NCBI GenBank assembly: GCA_005878525.1
Contig: VBMB01000135.1
Location: forward strand, 39 to 64,038
Length of the DNA stretch: 64,000 bases
From: Methanobacteriota archaeon
GTDB lineage: Archaea; Thermoplasmatota; Thermoplasmata; RBG-16-68-12
Reading direction: 5' to 3'
In this document: piece by piece, positions 9,949 through 19,213 of the stretch
How the letters are laid out: each line of letters opens with the position of its first letter
How positions within the stretch are numbered: the first letter of the stretch is position 1
Program-made: the position numbers and the translations under genes
Notes under the pieces: model-generated
What the model was told of the DNA's origin: nothing
What the model saw: the letters and a program-made list of their open reading frames with translations, nothing else
Databases searched by the model: none

Positions 9949-10278
9949 ATGAGGGAGATGCTCGAGGACCTGATTCGCAAGTTCAACGCGAAGGTCGCGT
10001 CCGATCCCGCGCTCGGAGCGGAGCTCGTCGGCCTCCGGAAGACCGTCCTGATCGAACTGAAGGACGGCACGAAGTATCACTTCACTCTCGCGGATCGGAA
10101 GGTGGCCGGTCTGATCGACGGTGGCGTCGATCCTGCAGACATCACGATTTCCACCGATGCGGACACACTGCGCGGACTCATCCTCCGGGAGATTGGTCCG
10201 TTCAAGGCGTACGCCACCGGCAAGATCAAACTGAAGGGAACTCTCGAGGACCTCGCGCGCTTCCGAAAGTTTTTCTGA
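9949..10278 (+). CDS. SCP2 sterol-carrier-like domain protein
   Basis: 109 aa; matches the SCP-2 family pattern (FTL.D..GLIDGG...DADITISTDADTL..L..G...P..A...GKIKLKG). Confidence 0.65.
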   Translation: MREMLEDLIRKFNAKVASDPALGAELVGLRKTVLIELKDGTKYHFTLADRKVAGLIDGGVDPADITISTDADTLRGLILREIGPFKAYATGKIKLKGTLEDLARFRKFF

Positions 10279-10361
10279 GCTGGCGCCCGCGATAGGTTTA
10301 TCCGACACGTTCCAATGCGGACGGACGACCGCCGGCGCGCCGTGGCTCGATGTGCTGAGGT

Positions 10362-10498
10362 AGCGGGGTGGGGTAGCCAGGATATCCCGTCGGGCTCATA
10401 CCCCGGGACTCCCAGGTCCCCGGTGAGACACCCGGAGATCGATGGTTCAAAAGGGCGGTGAGGAACGGCCTCAGGCCCGGAAAGTCCATCCCCCGCTA
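10362..10498 (+). tRNA. Initiator tRNA-Met (anticodon CAT) with two predicted introns: a canonical one at 37/38 (10401..10429) and a T-loop one at 59/60 (10452..10484)
   Basis: Spliced sequence is AGCGGGG-U-G-GGGU-AGCCAGGAUA-UCCC-G-UCGGG-CUCAUAA-CCCGG-AGAUC-GAUGG-UUCAAAU-CCAUC-CCCCGCU-A. It has an A1:U72 pair, three G:C pairs in the anticodon stem and a near-consensus archaeal initiator 5' half; all stems pair. CCA is not encoded. Confidence 0.6.
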
Positions 10499-10563
10499 TC
10501 GAGTTCCGACGTCGGCGGCGGTCTCTTCGTTGTGGCCATCGTGTCGATTTCGCAAAGTCCGAG

Positions 10564-10591
10564 AAAGTTAACCTCGTTTAAGGTTAACTTT
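10564..10591. promoter_or_regulatory. Perfect 11-bp inverted repeat AAAGTTAACCT-N6-AGGTTAACTTT about 95 bp upstream of KaiC-like gene 1; a near-identical copy sits upstream of the KaiC-like gene at 62186
   Basis: Read directly from the sequence. It is an AT-rich palindrome in a 65% GC background and recurs at 62288..62309. Confidence 0.5.
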
Positions 10592-10636
10592 CGGCTCTCT
10601 CCTGTGACTCATCTTGTGGCCTGATTCTCACGACGG

Positions 10637-10644
10637 AGCTTTTA
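10637..10644 (+). promoter_or_regulatory. Putative TATA box (TTTTATGC) for KaiC-like gene 1
   Basis: AT-rich octamer about 45 bp upstream of ATG 10686; the spacing fits an archaeal BRE/TATA element. Confidence 0.3.
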
Positions 10645-10685
10645 TGCATTATGGGCCGGGTGGTCCGGCGCTCGGCAGGCTTTCA

Positions 10686-11771
10686 ATGGATCGCGTCAAG
10701 ACGGGCGTCGTAGGTCTCGACACGATGCTGACCGGCGGCCTGCTGCCTGCGCGACCGTACGTCGTCTCGGGCCCGACCGGGAGCGGCAAGACGATTCTGG
10801 CCCTCCACTTCCTCCTCGAAGGGCTCCGACAGCAGGAACCGTGTCTTCTGGTCACCCTCGATGAGCCGCCGATCGAGGTCAAGGCGAACATGGCCACGTT
10901 CGGGTGGAACCTGGACCGTCTCAAGATCCTCGATGCGACCCCGGACATCCGCGCGCACAAACGCCAGCGGTCCGTGATCGACGTCGGCACGTCCCTCGAC
11001 GTGCGGGACATGGAGGACGTCACGGAGATCCGCCAGTCCTCCCAGATCCGCGCCCTCGAGGTCACCGTGCACAGCGTACAGAAGATGATCAAACAGGAAT
11101 TCTTGCATCACCTCGAGCGGACGAAGCAGCGATACAAGCGCGTCGTCATCGATTCGATGACCGCGCTGAAGATGTTCGCGATGCAAGGCCAGGACAGCCG
11201 AATCCTGATCCAATCGTTCGTCCGGTTCCTCGCGGAACTGGAGGCGACGACCCTCATCATCTCGGAACGCCTCAACAAGAAGATCCTCGAGACGGAGTTC
11301 TTCCTCGCACGCGGCGAGGTACGGCTCCACAAGTGGATCGACGGAAGTGTGATCCGCCGCGCGATTTCGATCGACAAGTTCCGCGGTTCCTCGTTCGACG
11401 ATCGGATGCATCCAATCTCGATCGGGGACAACGGAATGGTCGTCTACCTGGACGCCCCCGCGCAGACGCGGGTGTCGAGCCCCGCTCCGAAGCCGGGTGA
11501 ATCGCTCCTCGAGACCCGGCTCATCGACGAGGTCTCGAACGTGATTGAGTCGATCATGCGTCACATCGAAGACGCCCATCGACGCCAGGTCCCGATCCGG
11601 GACATCGAGGTGTCGTTGTCTCGAGCAATGCTCGCCTTCCAACGCCGGAACTATCAGAAGGCGATGAAGCTCGCCCTCGCGTGCGACGCGGAAGTCCGAG
11701 AGCGCCTCGCGCAGGCTCCGCCTCCGCCGCCGACCTCGCAGCTGCCGCGTCCGCCCCAGGTGATCCGCTGA
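10686..11771 (+). CDS. KaiC-like RecA-superfamily ATPase (single domain with C-terminal extension)
   Basis: N-terminal IKTG..GLD..L.GG motif (VKTGVVGLDTMLTGG) and Walker A GPTGSGKT. Start set at MDRVKTG; the ATG at 10644 is an alternative. Confidence 0.85.
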   Translation: MDRVKTGVVGLDTMLTGGLLPARPYVVSGPTGSGKTILALHFLLEGLRQQEPCLLVTLDEPPIEVKANMATFGWNLDRLKILDATPDIRAHKRQRSVIDVGTSLDVRDMEDVTEIRQSSQIRALEVTVHSVQKMIKQEFLHHLERTKQRYKRVVIDSMTALKMFAMQGQDSRILIQSFVRFLAELEATTLIISERLNKKILETEFFLARGEVRLHKWIDGSVIRRAISIDKFRGSSFDDRMHPISIGDNGMVVYLDAPAQTRVSSPAPKPGESLLETRLIDEVSNVIESIMRHIEDAHRRQVPIRDIEVSLSRAMLAFQRRNYQKAMKLALACDAEVRERLAQAPPPPPTSQLPRPPQVIR

Positions 11772-12550
11772 CCGCCGCGGCCAAGATCCGGACCGGCATC
11801 CCGGGTCTCGACAAGATGCTGCACGGCGGCTACGTCCCGGGACGGCCGTACATCGTCTCGGGTCCTCCGGGCGCCGGCAAGACGATCCTCGCGATGCAGT
11901 TCCTGCGGGAGGGCCTGGAAGGCGGGGAGCGATGCCTGTTCGTGGCCCTCGAAGAGCCCCCGAACGAGCTGAAGATCAACATGCGCGGATTCCGCTGGAA
12001 CCTGGACGACCTCGACGTCCTCGACGCGAACTCCGATATCCGACGGTTCGAGCCCACGCCGATCCTCGAGATCTCCACGGAGGAAGAGCCCGCGAAGATG
12101 CGAGCGATCGGGGAGCGGATCCGGAAGACACCGGACTTCGAGAGCAAAGAAGTCACGGTCCACTCGTTGCAGCAACTGCTGAAGAACCTGTTCCTGAAGA
12201 GAAACTACGAGCGCGTCGTGATCGATTCGATGACGGCCCTCAAATATTTCTGCATGCGCGAGTTCGAGGAGACCGTCACGACGCAGTCGTTCATGCGATA
12301 CCTCGCGGAGTCGAAGGTCACTTCGCTGCTCACCCTCGAGCTCCCGGAGGAAGGCGAAGTCCCTCCGGAGGCGTTCCTGGCGCGCGGGGAGCTCCGCCTC
12401 CACAAACTCCGGGACGAGACGGGCATCAAGCGCTTCCTGTCCGTCGAGAAGTACAAAGGCTCGTCCCACGACGAGTCCGTGTATCCGTTCGAGATCACGA
12501 ACGCCGGGATCGTGATCAACATGGCCCCGATGGCCGCGACGGCCCACTGA
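11681..12550 (+). CDS. KaiC-like RecA-superfamily ATPase, tandem paralog
   Basis: IRTGIPGLDKMLHGG, Walker A GPPGAGKT, Walker B VVIDS. Only a GTG at 11681 is available upstream of the conserved N-terminal motif, which gives a 91-bp overlap with the upstream paralog; the start is uncertain. Confidence 0.8.
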   Translation: MRRGSPRAPRAGSASAADLAAAASAPGDPLTAAAKIRTGIPGLDKMLHGGYVPGRPYIVSGPPGAGKTILAMQFLREGLEGGERCLFVALEEPPNELKINMRGFRWNLDDLDVLDANSDIRRFEPTPILEISTEEEPAKMRAIGERIRKTPDFESKEVTVHSLQQLLKNLFLKRNYERVVIDSMTALKYFCMREFEETVTTQSFMRYLAESKVTSLLTLELPEEGEVPPEAFLARGELRLHKLRDETGIKRFLSVEKYKGSSHDESVYPFEITNAGIVINMAPMAATAH

Positions 12551-12618
12551 AGCCCCTTTTCCGTGGCAGCCCTTCGGCGGATGTCAACGCGGCGTTTGTC
12601 AGACAGATGTATGACTAC

Positions 12619-12627
12619 TTTTAAATA
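12619..12627 (+). promoter_or_regulatory. TATA box TTTTAAATA upstream of ftsZ
   Basis: Canonical archaeal TATA about 55 bp upstream of the MKSLL ATG. Confidence 0.45.
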
Positions 12628-12679
12628 GGGCAAGATGGATTCGTCCGCCCGTCAGTCTCCATCGGGATGGGATGGCACA

Positions 12680-13816
12680 ATGAAATCACTTCTCAACGAA
12701 GCCCTGGCCCGGCACCAGGAAGCCGAGGCGAAGGAAGAGCGCGAGTCCGAGAAAGCCAAGGCCGTGGAAAAGAAGAAGAACGGCGACGACGAAGAGATCG
12801 AAAAGATTGTGGAGTCGATCAATGTCTCGATCAAGATCGTCGGCTGCGGCGGGGGCGGATCGAACACGATCAACCGATGCAGCGAGGCCGGGATCACGGG
12901 CGCGCAGCTGGCCGCCGTGAACACGGACGCCAAGCACCTGCTCTCCGTCCACGCGCCGAAGAAGATCCTCATCGGCAAGCGCCTCACGAAAGGCCTCGGT
13001 GCCGGAGCCCTCCCGGAGGTCGGCGAACAGGCCGCCCACGAGAACGAGGAAGAGATTCGAGACTTCCTCCGCGGTTCTCACGTCGTGTTCATCACCGCGG
13101 GCATGGGCGGCGGGACCGGGACCGGCTCCGCACAGTACGTCGCCCGCGTCGCGAAGGAGGAAGGCGCCCTCACGATGGGCGTCGTCACGATGCCCTTCAA
13201 GTCCGAAGGCCGCATCCGGATGGAGAACGCGGAGGCCGGCCTGGACAAGCTCCGCAAGTTCAGCGACACGACGATCGTCATCTACAACGACAAGCTCCTC
13301 GAGCTCGTGCCCCGACTGCCGATCAACGCCGCGTTCAAGGTCGCGGACGAAATCCTGATGCAGTCGATCAAAGGCATGACGGAGATCATCACGAAGCCCG
13401 GCCTCGTGAACCTCGACTACGCGGACCTCATGACGATCATGAAGGGCGGCGGGGTCGCGATGATCGGAATCGGCGAGAGCGAGGAAGAGCGGGACCGGAT
13501 CGACTACGCGATCAACGAGGCCCTGGAATCCCCGTTGCTCGGCGAGGTCGACCTGACCCACGCCCGCGGCGCCCTCGTGCGCGTCGTCGGCGGACCCGAC
13601 TTGACCGTGTCCGAGGCGGAGAAGGCCGCGGAGATTGTGGGCCAGAAGATCAACCCGCAGGCGCGGATCATCTGGGGTTGTTCCGTCGAGGACGACCTGC
13701 AGAACACGGTTCGCGTGCTCCTGGTGATCACGGGCGTCAAGTCGAAGTCGCTCCTCGGCAAGGACGTGTACACGGGCCTCGTCAAGACGTCCGCCGAAGT
13801 GGACGAAGTACACTGA
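12680..13816 (+). CDS. ftsZ: Cell division GTPase FtsZ
   Basis: Tubulin/FtsZ signature GGGTGTG and [11 protein letters not shown]. Start chosen at MKSLL (12680) because the in-frame ATG at 12635 lies only 8 bp downstream of the TATA box. Confidence 0.9.
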   Translation: MKSLLNEALARHQEAEAKEERESEKAKAVEKKKNGDDEEIEKIVESINVSIKIVGCGGGGSNTINRCSEAGITGAQLAAVNTDAKHLLSVHAPKKILIGKRLTKGLGAGALPEVGEQAAHENEEEIRDFLRGSHVVFITAGMGGGTGTGSAQYVARVAKEEGALTMGVVTMPFKSEGRIRMENAEAGLDKLRKFSDTTIVIYNDKLLELVPRLPINAAFKVADEILMQSIKGMTEIITKPGLVNLDYADLMTIMKGGGVAMIGIGESEEERDRIDYAINEALESPLLGEVDLTHARGALVRVVGGPDLTVSEAEKAAEIVGQKINPQARIIWGCSVEDDLQNTVRVLLVITGVKSKSLLGKDVYTGLVKTSAEVDEVH

Positions 13817-13868
13817 CCTCCTCCTCTTTTTACCCGAACCTTTTTCCATTTCTCCCCCATCGCCGAGC

Positions 13869-14198
13869 GTGAGCACGCACCGCCCGCGGTATCGATACAT
13901 CGCGTTCCGGGTTGACGGGTCACGGCCGTTCCGACGCGAAGAGGTGCTGGAGGCCCTGCGGACGACGTCGCCGCGACTCTGGCTCGTCGACTTCGCGGGG
14001 ACGTTGGGCCTCGTCCGGACCACCCATCTCGAGAAAGACGCCGCGATTCATGCGCTGAACGACATCGGTGCCATCGGCGGAGAAACGGTCCGCGTGACGA
14101 CGGTCGGCACATCGGGAACGATTCGCGCGGCGACTCGCAAATACTTGGACCGCGCGGACAGCGCTCGCCGAGAACACAAAAAGAACCCTTATAAGTGA
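13869..14198 (+). CDS. RNase P protein component Pop5 (Rnp2)
   Basis: 109 aa; RYRYIAFRV N-terminal motif typical of archaeal Pop5; conserved position at the head of the exosome/proteasome superoperon. Confidence 0.6.
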   Translation: MSTHRPRYRYIAFRVDGSRPFRREEVLEALRTTSPRLWLVDFAGTLGLVRTTHLEKDAAIHALNDIGAIGGETVRVTTVGTSGTIRAATRKYLDRADSARREHKKNPYK

Positions 14199-14228
14199 CC
14201 GCTTGATTAGCGGCCCGAGGTTTATCAT

Positions 14229-14954
14229 ATGCAGCCGGGCCAGATGGCGTACGACCGCGCGATTACGGTCTTCAGCCCAGACGGCCGCCTGTTCCAGGTG
14301 GAATACGCTCGCGTGGCGGTCACGCGGGGCAACACCACCGTGGGTCTGAAGTTCAAGAACGGCATCGTGCTGATGGCCGACAAGAAGATCGGATCGCGGC
14401 TCGTCGAAACGTCGTCGATCGAGAAGATCTTCCAGATCGACGAACACGTCGGGGCGGCGACATCCGGCCTCGTAGCCGATGCGCGGGTCCTCGTGGACTA
14501 TGCCCGGCTCGTCGCGCAGATCAACAAGGTCACGTACAGCGAGAAGATCGGGGTCGACCTCCTCGTGAAGCGGATTTGCGACTACAAACAGAACTACACC
14601 CAGTACGGCGGCGTGCGTCCGTTCGGGACGGCGCTCCTCGTCGCGGGCGTGGACGACCTCGGAACCCATCTGTTCGAGACGGACCCGAGCGGCGCCCTCG
14701 TGTCGTACAAGGCCGGGAGCATCGGTCAGGGACGCCAGGCGGTCATGGAACTCCTCGAGGAGAAGTACAAGGAGAACATGGCCCAGGACGACGCGATGAT
14801 CCTCGGCCTGCAGGGCCTCCAAAAGGCCGCGGAAGGCGAGAAGCTCGACGCCCGCGCGATCGAGGTCGGCCTGATCGTCGAGGGGGAGAAGTTCCGACGG
14901 CTCTCGGAGACCGAAGTCGGTCAGTATCTCACCCGGATCCCGACGGCGTCTTAG
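14229..14954 (+). CDS. psmA: Proteasome alpha subunit
   Basis: YDRAITVFSPDGRLFQVEYA N-terminal signature. Confidence 0.95.
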   Translation: MQPGQMAYDRAITVFSPDGRLFQVEYARVAVTRGNTTVGLKFKNGIVLMADKKIGSRLVETSSIEKIFQIDEHVGAATSGLVADARVLVDYARLVAQINKVTYSEKIGVDLLVKRICDYKQNYTQYGGVRPFGTALLVAGVDDLGTHLFETDPSGALVSYKAGSIGQGRQAVMELLEEKYKENMAQDDAMILGLQGLQKAAEGEKLDARAIEVGLIVEGEKFRRLSETEVGQYLTRIPTAS

Positions 14955-14966
14955 GCGAGCGAGGTC

Positions 14967-15707
14967 ATGCCTAAAGAGCTCCGATCGGACCGTCGCGACG
15001 ATATCTTCAAGGAATATGTGATTGCCCGCATCGAGAAGGCGGGCGAGAAGTTCGAGGTCCTCGTGAAGCCGGACGCGGTCCAGCGGATCCGGGACGGCAA
15101 AGAGGTCGATCTCCTTCGGGAGCTCGCGATCGACGAGATTTTCAAGGATGCGCACAAGGGCTCGAAAGCGTCCGAGGAGAAGATGATGGAATTCTTCGGG
15201 ACCACGGAGCCCCTCGCGGTCGCCAAGCAGATCGTCCAACGCGGCGAGATTCAGCTGACGACCGAGCAGCGGCGCCAGATGTTGGAGGCGAAGCACAAAC
15301 AGATTGTGCAGTACATCGCCGCGAATGCGATCAACCCCCAGACGGGGGCGCCCCATCCTCCGCAGCGGATCGAGAACGCGATGGAGGAGGCGAAGGTCCA
15401 CGTCGACCCGTTCAAGAGCATCGAGGAGCAGGTGAAGGAGGTCCTCGACGCCCTCCGGCCTCTCATCCCAATTCGCTTCGAGAAGGTTCGGATCGCGGTG
15501 AAGCTCAGCGCCGAGGACAGCGCGAAGGCCTACGGGGACATCAAGTCGTTCGGCACGATCGTCAAGGAAGAATGGTCTCCCACCGGAGCCTGGATCGGCG
15601 TGGTCGAGATGCCGGCCGGCTTGCAGACCGAGTTCCTGGAAAGGCTGAACGCGAAGACGAAAGGAAACGTCGAGACTCGGATCCTCAAGGCCGAGCAGCG
15701 CATTTGA
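14967..15707 (+). CDS. Ribosome maturation protein SBDS/Sdo1
   Basis: SBDS family N-terminal FYSH domain ([10 protein letters not shown]...) and the C-terminal domain. Confidence 0.9.
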   Translation: MPKELRSDRRDDIFKEYVIARIEKAGEKFEVLVKPDAVQRIRDGKEVDLLRELAIDEIFKDAHKGSKASEEKMMEFFGTTEPLAVAKQIVQRGEIQLTTEQRRQMLEAKHKQIVQYIAANAINPQTGAPHPPQRIENAMEEAKVHVDPFKSIEEQVKEVLDALRPLIPIRFEKVRIAVKLSAEDSAKAYGDIKSFGTIVKEEWSPTGAWIGVVEMPAGLQTEFLERLNAKTKGNVETRILKAEQRI

Positions 15708-15782
15708 GATTTGCAGACCGGCCATCCGATCCGGATCGCCGATTAACCGGAAGCCTCAAGTAGCCGCCTCGGTTTCGACGCG

Positions 15783-16502
15783 TTGCGTGAGAGAGAGATA
15801 CCAATGCAGAGCAGTGGGGCGCTCCGCCCGATTGTCATTCCGGGCGAAGCCGTCGGCGGCCCTGGGCTGAAACCCGGGCCTGGCACATACAGCGAAGGCG
15901 GACGTGTTTTCGCGGCACAACTGGGCATTCGGAACGAGCACGAGGGCCTCGTCAGCGTGATCCCGCTCAACGGGCGGTACATCCCGCAACGGGGCGACGC
16001 CGTCATCGGCGAGGTGGTCGACCAAGGCCCATCCCATTGGCTCGTCGATATCAACTCTCCGTATCCCGCTCCCCTCCACGCGACGGAATCGCCCTGGCGG
16101 GTCGAATTCGGCGACACCGCGCGGTACCTGAAGGTCGGCGACGTGATCATGTGTCATGTCCTGAGCGTCGACGAGATCAAGCGCGTCCAACTGACGATGC
16201 AGGAGCGCGAGGCCCGACGCCTGACCGGTGGCATGGTGATCGAGATCTCGCCCACCAAGGTCCCGCGGGTGATCGGCAAGCAAGGGAGCATGGTGTCTCT
16301 GATCATGGACCTGACCGGGTGTCGCATCTACGTGGGGCAGAACGGGCGGATCTGGCTGGACGGGGATGACCGCAGCGCCGCGATCGCGACGATGGCGATC
16401 CGCCTGATCGAGGAGCGGGCCCAGGCGGTCGGCCTGACGGAAGCCGTGCGCGAACTAATCGAGCGGGAGAAAGGACGAGGGCGAGGGCCGAGGCCCTCCT
16501 AA
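15783..16502 (+). CDS. rrp4: Exosome complex RNA-binding subunit Rrp4 (S1 + KH)
   Basis: S1 domain (GDAVIGEVVD...W.VDI) and KH domain (VIGKQGSMVSLIMDLTGCRIYVG). GTG start; the ATG at 15804 is an alternative. Confidence 0.9.
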   Translation: MREREIPMQSSGALRPIVIPGEAVGGPGLKPGPGTYSEGGRVFAAQLGIRNEHEGLVSVIPLNGRYIPQRGDAVIGEVVDQGPSHWLVDINSPYPAPLHATESPWRVEFGDTARYLKVGDVIMCHVLSVDEIKRVQLTMQEREARRLTGGMVIEISPTKVPRVIGKQGSMVSLIMDLTGCRIYVGQNGRIWLDGDDRSAAIATMAIRLIEERAQAVGLTEAVRELIEREKGRGRGPRPS

Positions 16503-16514
16503 GGAAGGTTTTCC

Positions 16515-17345
16515 ATGGAAGACATCGAGCACATCGAAAAAGAGATGAAACTGATTAACTCCGACGGACGCCGACTGGATGGCCGGTCGTTCGATGAGTT
16601 GCGACCGATTCGGATCGAAGCGGGCGTCTTGCGGCGGGCGGACGGTTCCGCGTACATCGAATGGGGCGGGAACAAGGTCCTCGCGGCGGTGTACGGTCCG
16701 CGCGAAGCGCACCCGAGGCACCTCCAGGATCCCGCGCGGGCCCTCGTCCAGTGCCGGTACAACATGGCGCCCTTCAGCGTGTCCGACCGAAAGCGGCCCG
16801 GACCCGATCGGCGGTCCGTGGAGATTTCGAAGGTCATTTCCGAGGCGTTCAGCTCGGTCGTCTTCAAGGAACAGTTCCCGCGCACGTCGGTCGACATCTT
16901 CATCGAGGTCCTCCAAGCGGACGCAGGGACGCGATGTGCCGGTCTGACGGCGGCCAGTGTTGCCCTCGCCGACGCGGGGGTCCCGATGCGCGACCTCGTC
17001 ACCTCGTGCGCCTCAGGGAAGATCGACGACGTCGTCTGCCTCGACCTCAACAAAGACGAAGACAACTTCGGGGATGCGGACTGCCCCATGGCCATCGTGC
17101 CCCGGACCGGGGATGTCGTCCTCTTGCAGATGGACGGCCACCTCACGTACGACGAGTTCCAGAAGGCGATGGGCCTGTCCATCGACGCGACGAAGCGGAT
17201 CTACGAGATGCAGCGCGATGCGCTCCGACGTCGCTATTCCGTCACCCTCGAAGACATCCTGAAGGAGGCGCCTCCCGCGGCGGCACCGGTCGAGCCGGAG
17301 CCCGAACAGCCGCGCGAAGACGACTTCGGCCCGGAGGGGATCTGA
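16515..17345 (+). CDS. rrp41: Exosome complex exonuclease Rrp41 (RNase PH domain)
   Basis: RLDGR phosphate-binding motif and RNase PH fold signatures. Confidence 0.9.
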   Translation: MEDIEHIEKEMKLINSDGRRLDGRSFDELRPIRIEAGVLRRADGSAYIEWGGNKVLAAVYGPREAHPRHLQDPARALVQCRYNMAPFSVSDRKRPGPDRRSVEISKVISEAFSSVVFKEQFPRTSVDIFIEVLQADAGTRCAGLTAASVALADAGVPMRDLVTSCASGKIDDVVCLDLNKDEDNFGDADCPMAIVPRTGDVVLLQMDGHLTYDEFQKAMGLSIDATKRIYEMQRDALRRRYSVTLEDILKEAPPAAAPVEPEPEQPREDDFGPEGI

Positions 17346-18124
17346 TGAGCGAAGAGATCGTCTCCGAGCTGATGCGGGCCCACGTCTATCGTCTCGCATC
17401 GACGGGACAGCGGGTCGACGGACGTCGCCTCGACGAGCCTCGGAAGGTGAGCGTCGCCCGGTCGTTCGTCAAGACGGCCGAAGGAAGCGCCCGCGTGAAG
17501 CTCGGGAACACCGACGTACTGGTCGGCATCAAGATGTCCGTCGGCGAACCGTATCCCGACACCCCGAACACCGGGGTCCTTTCGACGAGCGTCGAATTGA
17601 TCCCGATGGCGAGTCCCACCTTCGAAGCCGGCCCACCGCGGCCCGATGCGATCGAGCTCGCCCGGGTCGTCGACCGCGGGATCCGCGAGTCGAAGATGGT
17701 GAACATGGAGCGGCTGTGTATCACACCGAAAGAGAAGGTCTGGATCCTGTTCATCGACATCCACGTCCTCGATTACGACGGGAATCTGTTCGATGCCTGC
17801 TCGTACGGCGCGGTCGCGGCCCTCTCCTCGACGATTGCGCCGGCGAAGGGCCAAGGCCTTGGCGACGACTTCCCGCTCCCGGTGGAGCACTGGCCCGTCA
17901 GCGTGACGACCGCGAAGATCAAGGACCTCTTGCTCGTCGATCCGAGCCTCGACGAGGAGCGCATGGCCGATGCTCGACTCACCGTCACGACGGATGAGAA
18001 CGGCGACATCCGCGCGATGCAAAAAGGCTTAAGTGGAAGCTTTACTTACGAAGAGGTGAAGCGGATTATCGAGACGGCCCAGCGCGTCGGCCGCGACATC
18101 CGCCCGCTCCTTCAATCCTCCTGA
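17346..18124 (+). CDS. rrp42: Exosome complex subunit Rrp42
   Basis: ATG overlaps the rrp41 stop (TGATG); inactive RNase PH-like domain; position and length match Rrp42. Confidence 0.9.
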
Positions 18125-18132
18125 GATCCTCC

Positions 18133-18420
18133 ATGGCCCGTCGCACGCGAAAGGCAGGCATCGTCGCCCGTTTCGGCCCCCGCTACGGGGTGCGAATCCG
18201 CCGCCGCGTCCAAGAAATCGAGGAGGGCCTGAAAGGGCGGCACACGTGTCCACGGTGCGCCGCGATCTCGGTCCGTCGGAAATCGACGGGCGTCTGGGCG
18301 TGCCGCCGATGCGGCTACGTCTTCGCCGGCGGGGCCTACCGGCCGATCGTGACGACCTCGTTCAAGCGGGAGGTCACGGAGACCGCGCCGAAGCCGGAAG
18401 CGAAGGCGGAGGAGGCCTGA
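18133..18420 (+). CDS. rpl37ae: 50S ribosomal protein L37Ae
   Basis: C4 zinc ribbon CPRC...CRRC and the KYG.R N-terminus. Confidence 0.9.
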   Translation: MARRTRKAGIVARFGPRYGVRIRRRVQEIEEGLKGRHTCPRCAAISVRRKSTGVWACRRCGYVFAGGAYRPIVTTSFKREVTETAPKPEAKAEEA

Positions 18421-18421
18421 C

Positions 18422-18556
18422 ATGTACAAGTGCGCGAAGTGCCTGGAGCCGATCCGGGCGAACATCAACACGGTCGGGATTCAGTGCGAGCGCTGCGGCT
18501 CCAAGATGTTCTACAAAGAGCGTCCGAACGTGAAGAAGGTCGTCAAGGCGCGATGA
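18422..18556 (+). CDS. rpoP: DNA-directed RNA polymerase subunit P (RpoP/Rpc10), 44 aa
   Basis: MYKCAKCLEPIRANINTVGIQCERCGSKMFYKERP has CxxC..CxxC. Not in the ORF track because it is under 60 aa. It occupies the conserved superoperon position. Confidence 0.75.
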   Translation: MYKCAKCLEPIRANINTVGIQCERCGSKMFYKERPNVKKVVKAR

Positions 18557-18792
18557 CCATGCGGCGCGCGACGATCGTGCTTTCCGGTCCTGAGGCCGGC
18601 GTGGTGTACGAGGCGTTGCGGCCGGAGACCGGACGCGACGTCCCGAAGGCACGCGTCGCGATGCGCTCGGCCCCCGGTCGCCTCACCCTCACGATCGACG
18701 CGGACGACACGGGTGCGCTGCGAGCCGCCGTGAACTCGTACCTGCGCTGGGCCGATGTCGCGGCCCGCGTTCGCCACGAGGTGAAGGCGTGA
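18553..18792 (+). CDS. KEOPS complex subunit Pcc1-like protein
   Basis: 79 aa starting at the ATGACCATG overlap with the rpoP stop. The C-terminal GALRAAVNSYLRW resembles the Pcc1 dimerisation helix. The listed ORF 18430..18792 has a spurious 5' extension. Confidence 0.55.
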   Translation: MTMRRATIVLSGPEAGVVYEALRPETGRDVPKARVAMRSAPGRLTLTIDADDTGALRAAVNSYLRWADVAARVRHEVKA

Positions 18793-19157
18793 AGGACATT
18801 TCCCCGCAGCTTCAGAACCAGATCGCCCAGTACCAACAGCTGCAGAACCAGCTCCAGGTCCTCGGCAGCCAACGCGTCCAACTCGAGGCGAAGCTGCGCG
18901 AGATCGAAGGGACCTTGGAGGAACTGAGCAAGATTAAGGACGATACGCCGGTGTACAAGAGCATCGGGATGCTGCTCGTCCGGCAGGACGATCGCGAGGC
19001 ACTGAAGAAAGAGCTCGAGGAGCACAAGGAGACCCTCACGATCCGGGTGAAGTCCCTCCAGAAGCAGGAGAAGGCCCTCACGCAGCGATACGAGGACCTC
19101 GCGACGAAAATCCAGTCGGCTCTCGGCACCGCGCCGACGCCGGCGGACAACGGCTGA
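18789..19157 (+). CDS. pfdB: Prefoldin beta subunit
   Basis: Coiled-coil protein (QQLQNQLQ...) of 122 aa; GTG start overlaps the Pcc1 stop. Confidence 0.85.
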   Translation: MKDISPQLQNQIAQYQQLQNQLQVLGSQRVQLEAKLREIEGTLEELSKIKDDTPVYKSIGMLLVRQDDREALKKELEEHKETLTIRVKSLQKQEKALTQRYEDLATKIQSALGTAPTPADNG

Positions 19158-19213
19158 TTCCCTCCTGATGCGACGCTGCAAATCCTTATATCGGCACGTC
19201 CATTGGCACACCC

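Noticed and set aside
10279-10613. Possible SRP (7S) RNA in the 335-bp gap, based on CAGGCCCGGAAAG resembling the helix-8 region
   Set aside because: The invariant AGCAGC-type 3' side of helix 8 after the GNRA tetraloop is absent. The conserved 5' part is explained much better by an intron-containing initiator tRNA.
12667-14023. Long alternate-frame ORFs over ftsZ (12667..13872 plus, 12686..14023 minus) and over psmA/SBDS (13920..15725 minus)
   Set aside because: Extreme Arg/Gly/Pro/Asp bias, no domain signatures, and complete overlap with well-supported genes in another frame.
16661-18124. 487-aa ORF spanning rrp41 and rrp42
   Set aside because: The 5' two-thirds is an Arg/Pro/Gly-rich alternate-frame translation overlapping Rrp41. 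The true gene is Rrp42, starting at ATG 17346 and overlapping the rrp41 stop.
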